DNA of 64,000 nucleotides, from assembly GCA_029213045.1 (NCBI GenBank), contig JARGPN010000006.1:168123-232122 (forward strand). Direction: 5' to 3'. Every line of letters starts with the position of its first letter. Position 1 is the stretch's first letter. Origin of the DNA: Alcanivoracaceae bacterium. Its GTDB lineage: Bacteria > Pseudomonadota > Gammaproteobacteria > Pseudomonadales > Alcanivoracaceae. The notes below the pieces were generated by a model. That model searched no databases, was not told the DNA's origin, and saw nothing but the letters and a program-made list of their open reading frames with translations. Position numbers and translations under genes: made by a program. Shown here piece after piece: positions 59,722 through 64,000 of the stretch.

Positions 59722-60896
59722 CCGCCTGCCATATTTAGAATAAATCCAATGACTAGCACTTGCGGTATCGTAATAAGCGGTAGCGCGAGTGCAAGCTTCC
59801 AGGACTTCGCTGTATCTCGAATAGTCATGATCTCTGTGTAGTCGGTAGACACGCCGGCCATCAGAAAAGTAAAGGTATTGCCGGGCGCAGCGGCACGCGT
59901 CATTAAGTCCGCGGCAATCGGAACACTGCCCTCTGAGCACACTTCAATAATGGTCGCCGCGACCAGCGTTAACAGCAAGCCGAGCGTCGTTGGCCCGAAC
60001 CAGTCTGCAAAGATATCTGCTGGCACAAACGCACGAATTAATCCCGCGATGACAACACCGAATAGCGCCCAGCGAATAACCATTCTTGCGCCACGGAAGC
60101 CTTCGGTCAGAATGCGTGCAGAACCTTTGAATGAAAAACGGATAGATTTTAAAAGCGACACTACAGTCGGGGCATCGCCTTCCGGCACCTCAAACCTGTT
60201 TGGATTGTCTGGAAGCTTTCCGCTTTTCACAAGCGCATCAAAAATTCGCCCGCTTATTAAGGCGATCACAAGCGACAGAAAGATAAACAGCAATGTCCAG
60301 CTGACGCCGATCAATCCAAACAAGATCAACGTTAGCGAGAATGAATTCCACGGGCTGGCAATCAAAAAAGCCATGATCTGCCCTACGGAAGCGCCACGTT
60401 CATAGAGTTTCATGCCCACTGCCAAGATGCCGTGACTGCAAAGATCGAGCATTACTCCCGCCCCTGTCGCCCGCAACAAGCCGTTCCATGTGCCGCCTTG
60501 GCCGAGCAACTTCACTACTGTTTCGCGCGGCACTTCGCCGAGTAAGCCGACAAAAAAAATACCTATGGCAAGGCCCCACCACATGGCATTCATAAGCTCG
60601 AAACTGCCGTCAGCGTAGTGATGAAACCATTCAGGTGTAGCGGCCGTTGATGTTGTTAGGTGGCCTATGTATCCAACTGCGACGAGCAGCAATGAGCCCC
60701 ATAAAATCCAATCGAGGCGGCGTTTTTTATCGTCATCGCAGCAGCTATTTCCGTGGCTGGGGGAATGCGTAGCATTGTCCGGTGTAGGCGTTTCATGGCA
60801 GGAGCCCGCCTCGACTGTTTTGTTTACTTTCTCTTCGCCTGCACAACACGACGTCGGGGTCGATGTATCGTGAGAGTGATCATGTTGATCACGCAT
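59718..60896 (-). CDS. SO_0444-type permease (PF03773-like) with a Cys/His-rich N-terminal metal-binding region
   Basis: N-terminus DQHDHSHD...SCCAGEE...SCHE...HSPSHGNSCCDDD followed by a polytopic permease. The first ATG at 60896 overlaps the MerR-family stop (ATGCGTGA). The ORF-track TTG is at 60935. Confidence 0.68.
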   Translation of the reverse strand: MRDQHDHSHDTSTPTSCCAGEEKVNKTVEAGSCHETPTPDNATHSPSHGNSCCDDDKKRRLDWILWGSLLLVAVGYIGHLTTSTAATPEWFHHYADGSFELMNAMWWGLAIGIFFVGLLGEVPRETVVKLLGQGGTWNGLLRATGAGVMLDLCSHGILAVGMKLYERGASVGQIMAFLIASPWNSFSLTLILFGLIGVSWTLLFIFLSLVIALISGRIFDALVKSGKLPDNPNRFEVPEGDAPTVVSLLKSIRFSFKGSARILTEGFRGARMVIRWALFGVVIAGLIRAFVPADIFADWFGPTTLGLLLTLVAATIIEVCSEGSVPIAADLMTRAAAPGNTFTFLMAGVSTDYTEIMTIRDTAKSWKLALALPLITIPQVLVIGFILNMAGG

Positions 60897-61329
60897 CGGT
60901 TGCGCCACCCTTCGATTGATTCTCCGTTTCGCCAAAGGAATCGATAAGCACGCAGATCCGTTCGTCTCCGCCCGCGCAGTCTGGGTGATCGTTCCACTCT
61001 GCTAACGCGCCGCGCATTCTTTTACTGAGCCGGCGTAACTCTTTGATCCGAGTTTCAACGTCGGCTAGGCGTTGCTCAATCAACTGGCGAGTCGTTGAAC
61101 AAGGGCTTTGCCCCGATTCAGATTCGGCCACAAGTTCGCAGATATCCGCCAGGGTAAATCCGAGCGAGCGAGCCTGTAAGGCAAAATGTAGCCGACGAAG
61201 ATCGTCTCGGTTGTAGAGGCGATAGCCGTTGTTAGGATTGCGTGCAGGACGGAGCAAGCCAAGTTCGGTGTAATGACGAACCGTTTCGCTCGTGGTGTCG
61301 GCGCGTCGCGCCAGCTCTGAAACATTCAT
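60889..61329 (-). CDS. MerR-family metal-responsive transcriptional regulator (CueR/ZntR/CadR-like)
   Basis: MNVSELARRADTTSETVRHYTELGLL HTH, a dimerisation helix and C-terminal Cys residues (SPC...HPDCAGG...ICV). The ATG at 61329 has an AGGAGG Shine-Dalgarno sequence. Confidence 0.85.
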   Translation of the reverse strand: MNVSELARRADTTSETVRHYTELGLLRPARNPNNGYRLYNRDDLRRLHFALQARSLGFTLADICELVAESESGQSPCSTTRQLIEQRLADVETRIKELRRLSKRMRGALAEWNDHPDCAGGDERICVLIDSFGETENQSKGGATDA

Positions 61330-61350
61330 TAGGTCTGACCTCCTGGGTCG

Positions 61351-61381
61351 ATTAACGCTTGCCCTGTAAAGCAAGTGTCAA
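61351..61381 (-). promoter_or_regulatory. candidate MerR-type promoter and operator
   Basis: On the minus strand: TTGACA, a 19-nt spacer, then GTTAAT. The spacer contains the dyad CTTGC-N8-GCAAG. An over-long spacer with an internal dyad is the MerR-family hallmark. Confidence 0.4.
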
Positions 61382-61503
61382 ACATTAGGGTAACCCAAGG
61401 GTCAAGCGACCGCGAGATATGTATATTTGGAGCGCTTAGTCTTTTTTAACAATAGCTTAGGATAGCTTCTTGATGTAATTACTATTTGGTAGTTGGAAGT
61501 GAT

Positions 61504-62370
61504 CTATTCGTGCTTCGTTGCCTCAGTAGTCCGATTTTTGATCACCGCGCCGCTCTCTGACAGCCGCGCAAACCACGGCGCGAGGCCATCAAGTTTCTCT
61601 CCTAGCTGCCACGTTGGATTTATCACAAGCATGCCTGAACCGTGCATCCCGGGACCGTTCACCGGCACACGCAGTTCGCTGACCAGCGTTTCGGTGTCGA
61701 CTGCGCGCTGAATGCCTTCAACCATTGGGCGGTGTGCATTCGCAGGCAAGAGCGGATACCAAAGTAGGTACACACCGTGACGCCAGCGTCGAGTGGTTTT
61801 AATCACGGCTTGCTGTAATTTCTGGTAGTCGTCTTTGAGCTCATAACTGGGATCAATGAGCACCACACCGCGTTTCTCGGTAGGCGGCAGCAGAGCTGCC
61901 ATCGCTTCAATCGCATCGCGCTTATGAATACTAACGCGGCTATCACGGCCAAAAAGCGTTTCTAGCGATTCATGCTCACGTGGATGCAATTCGTTAAATA
62001 CCAAGCTATCCGTATCGCGTGCGCGTGCCAGCAGCTGCATGGGAGAGCCAGGGTAAATATTGAGTTCGTTTTGATCAGTGGCGCGGGTTTCGTTAATGCC
62101 TCGATTATTACTGGTAAGGCAGTGCGTATAAGAGGAAATAACTGGCGGCCAGCTGCTTGAGGGCCACAGACGACGCACGCCCTGCTCGGCCTCCGCCGTT
62201 TTACGCGCTTCACTACTATTGAGGCTATAGCAACCCGCTCCGGCATATAGATCGATCATCGCGAGCGGAGATTTTTTGCGGGTTAAATGGTCGAGCACCA
62301 GATGCAGCACTGCGTGTTTATGCACGTCGGCAAAGTTGCCTGCGTGAAAAGAATGTAGATAACTCAACAT
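61504..62370 (-). CDS. rlmJ: 23S rRNA (adenine2030-N6)-methyltransferase
   Basis: 288 aa. N-terminus MLSYLHSFHAGNFADVHKHAVL and an internal VLIDPSYE motif are typical of RlmJ. Confidence 0.88.
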   Translation of the reverse strand: MLSYLHSFHAGNFADVHKHAVLHLVLDHLTRKKSPLAMIDLYAGAGCYSLNSSEARKTAEAEQGVRRLWPSSSWPPVISSYTHCLTSNNRGINETRATDQNELNIYPGSPMQLLARARDTDSLVFNELHPREHESLETLFGRDSRVSIHKRDAIEAMAALLPPTEKRGVVLIDPSYELKDDYQKLQQAVIKTTRRWRHGVYLLWYPLLPANAHRPMVEGIQRAVDTETLVSELRVPVNGPGMHGSGMLVINPTWQLGEKLDGLAPWFARLSESGAVIKNRTTEATKHE

Positions 62371-62400
62371 AACTAACGCCCCGATAATTCGAGGCGAAGT

Positions 62401-63951
62401 TTACGCCATTTTCAGTTCGCTAGCCTGATCTTTTAACGGATCGGTCCGCTCTTGCTCAGTTTTTTCAGCCGCAATACCGTAATGATTTCTAATGATCTCT
62501 TGATACCGCTGCACTTCGTTTTGCCAACGTGATTCGTCCCACTTTAGGTGTGTTGTGCAGCACGCGCGCACCCGATCAAACACCTCCTTCGCGCCGTCAG
62601 GCAATAAGTTACCTAAGCGTGTGCGCCGTAATAGAAGGTCGTCTAGGTGTTCAACTTGTTCATTGCGCAGCACCCAATTGAGCGTTGACGTTAATTCATC
62701 GCCGCTTGGCATAGGCGCTAACGGATGACCCAGCGTGCCGTAGATTTCAATGCTGTGATCGAATCCTGACGCCTTACTGCTACTACCCTGTTTCAATTCC
62801 GCCTTGCTGATTAGGTTTGCTGCATACAGCGCATCGAGCGCAATCAAACGAAATGTCGTTAACTTGCCGCCACTCACGGTGATAATGCCCTTGGCTTGCC
62901 ATACTGCGTGATCGCGGCGCTCAGCAGATGGATTAACACCCTTACCAGACGCGATAATTGGGCGCACGCCCGCCATGGTAGAAATAATATCCGCGCGAGT
63001 TAACGCAGCCTGCGGAAATTGATGATTCGCTAGGCGAAGCAAATAATCGATTTCGGTGCTGGTGCAAAACGGCTCGTCGGACAACGACCCTTTATGATCT
63101 ATGTCCGTTGTGCCAATACAAGTGCGGCCCTCCCACGGGAAGACAAAAATTGGACGGTTGTCTTCAGGGTTCAGCAGAGTGAAGCATTGATCCACCGGCA
63201 ATCGATCCTGAGACACGAACAAATGACTGCCGCGCTGCGGCCGCACGCGTGACTCGGCACCCGATAACTGATCTGCCCAAGCGCCGGTAGCATTGATGAC
63301 ATGTTTCGCATTCAATGAAATACGCGCGCCATTAAGTTTATTTTCTGCGCGCAGGTGGTATGCGCCGTCGGTATTTTCTTCGACATCAGCAACGTGCACG
63401 TAGTTATAAGCAACCCCGCCCCGCTTAACCGCATCGTGAAGAACCCGCATAACCAACCGCGAGTCATCCGTGAGCGCATCGGTATAGGTCATTGCGCCGC
63501 GCAATTTTTCCGAACGTAACCCGGGCGCATCGTTTAATACACGGTCTTTAGATAACCATCGGTGGTCACGAATACCGGCTAGGAAGTCATAAAGCCACAA
63601 CGCGCCTTTGAGCGCCCAGCGCCCAGGAAACATGCCCTGACGAATAGGAAAGAGGTAGTGCTGCCGGATAACGAGTTCAGGCAATTCGCGAATGAGCCAT
63701 TCCCGTTCGAGTAACGAGTGCCGTGTAAGCTTGAAATCGCCCTGAGCGAGATAGCGCAAACCACCGTGGACCATTTTCGAGGAGCGACTAGACGTGCCCC
63801 ATGCATAGTCACGCTGCTCAAGCAGAAGGACTTTGAATCCTCGCCTAGCAGCTTCCAGAAGGATGCCGGCGCCAGTGATGCCACCACCGATGACGACTAA
63901 ATCCCAATGAGTATCAGTAATCTCGTTGAGATCTATGCGTTTTCCGAGCAT
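62401..63951 (-). CDS. glpD: FAD-dependent glycerol-3-phosphate dehydrogenase
   Basis: 516 aa with FAD motif DLVVIGGGITGAGI, SSRSSKMVHGGLRYL and the C-terminal GlpD helical domain. Confidence 0.9.
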   Translation of the reverse strand: MLGKRIDLNEITDTHWDLVVIGGGITGAGILLEAARRGFKVLLLEQRDYAWGTSSRSSKMVHGGLRYLAQGDFKLTRHSLLEREWLIRELPELVIRQHYLFPIRQGMFPGRWALKGALWLYDFLAGIRDHRWLSKDRVLNDAPGLRSEKLRGAMTYTDALTDDSRLVMRVLHDAVKRGGVAYNYVHVADVEENTDGAYHLRAENKLNGARISLNAKHVINATGAWADQLSGAESRVRPQRGSHLFVSQDRLPVDQCFTLLNPEDNRPIFVFPWEGRTCIGTTDIDHKGSLSDEPFCTSTEIDYLLRLANHQFPQAALTRADIISTMAGVRPIIASGKGVNPSAERRDHAVWQAKGIITVSGGKLTTFRLIALDALYAANLISKAELKQGSSSKASGFDHSIEIYGTLGHPLAPMPSGDELTSTLNWVLRNEQVEHLDDLLLRRTRLGNLLPDGAKEVFDRVRACCTTHLKWDESRWQNEVQRYQEIIRNHYGIAAEKTEQERTDPLKDQASELKMA

Positions 63952-64000
63952 GGATAGCGACTCCTTTCATCATTTAGAAATAGCGCGGGCGTGATGTGGC

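Overview
The window looks like chromosomal DNA from a marine-type gammaproteobacterium at roughly 50% GC. I cannot name the organism from sequence alone. It has a Pseudomonas-like block (tusDCB, tRNA-Ser, gacA, uvrC, pgsA, tRNA-Gly/Cys/Leu). Most of it is housekeeping: serS, cysG, metH, pntAA/AB/B, prc, yaaA, rlmJ, glpD, mscS, transporters and hydrolases. I found no integrase, transposase, CRISPR array, phage gene or recognisable defence or toxin-antitoxin gene.

The stand-out region is 9471-25232. It holds 16 co-directional genes with no gap above 32 nt.
- **Signalling module.** It contains a TM-HAMP-GAF-coiled-coil hybrid histidine kinase with three receivers, a CheR-type methyltransferase, a stand-alone receiver, a receiver-less CheB-type methylesterase, and a REC-PAS-PilZ protein. 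No CheA, CheW, MCP or Hpt is present in the window.
- **Secretion genes.** The module runs with a 2-nt gap into gspEFGHIJKLM. This is a type II secretion core with no gspC, secretin gspD, gspN or gspO in the window.
- **Final gene.** The array ends with an unrecognisable 429-aa signal-peptide protein that overlaps the gspM stop.
- **Proposed function.** The kinase carries four in-register 28-residue EEL-rich repeats just before its H-box. I propose these as the methyl-accepting substrate for the adjacent CheR/CheB pair, which would make this an uncharacterised adaptation-capable kinase system wired to secretion.

Secondary points of interest:
- a PilZ-like/DUF1631-like/SGDEF/EVL c-di-GMP protein
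- a PEP-utilising-like protein that lacks the phosphocarrier His, next to a DUF1461-like membrane protein
- a MerR-regulated SO_0444-type metal permease
- a His-tailed HCxGMCG membrane protein beside a 675-bp non-coding gap
- a secreted protein with a dipeptidase-like fold

All domain calls come from motif recognition by eye. No searches were run.
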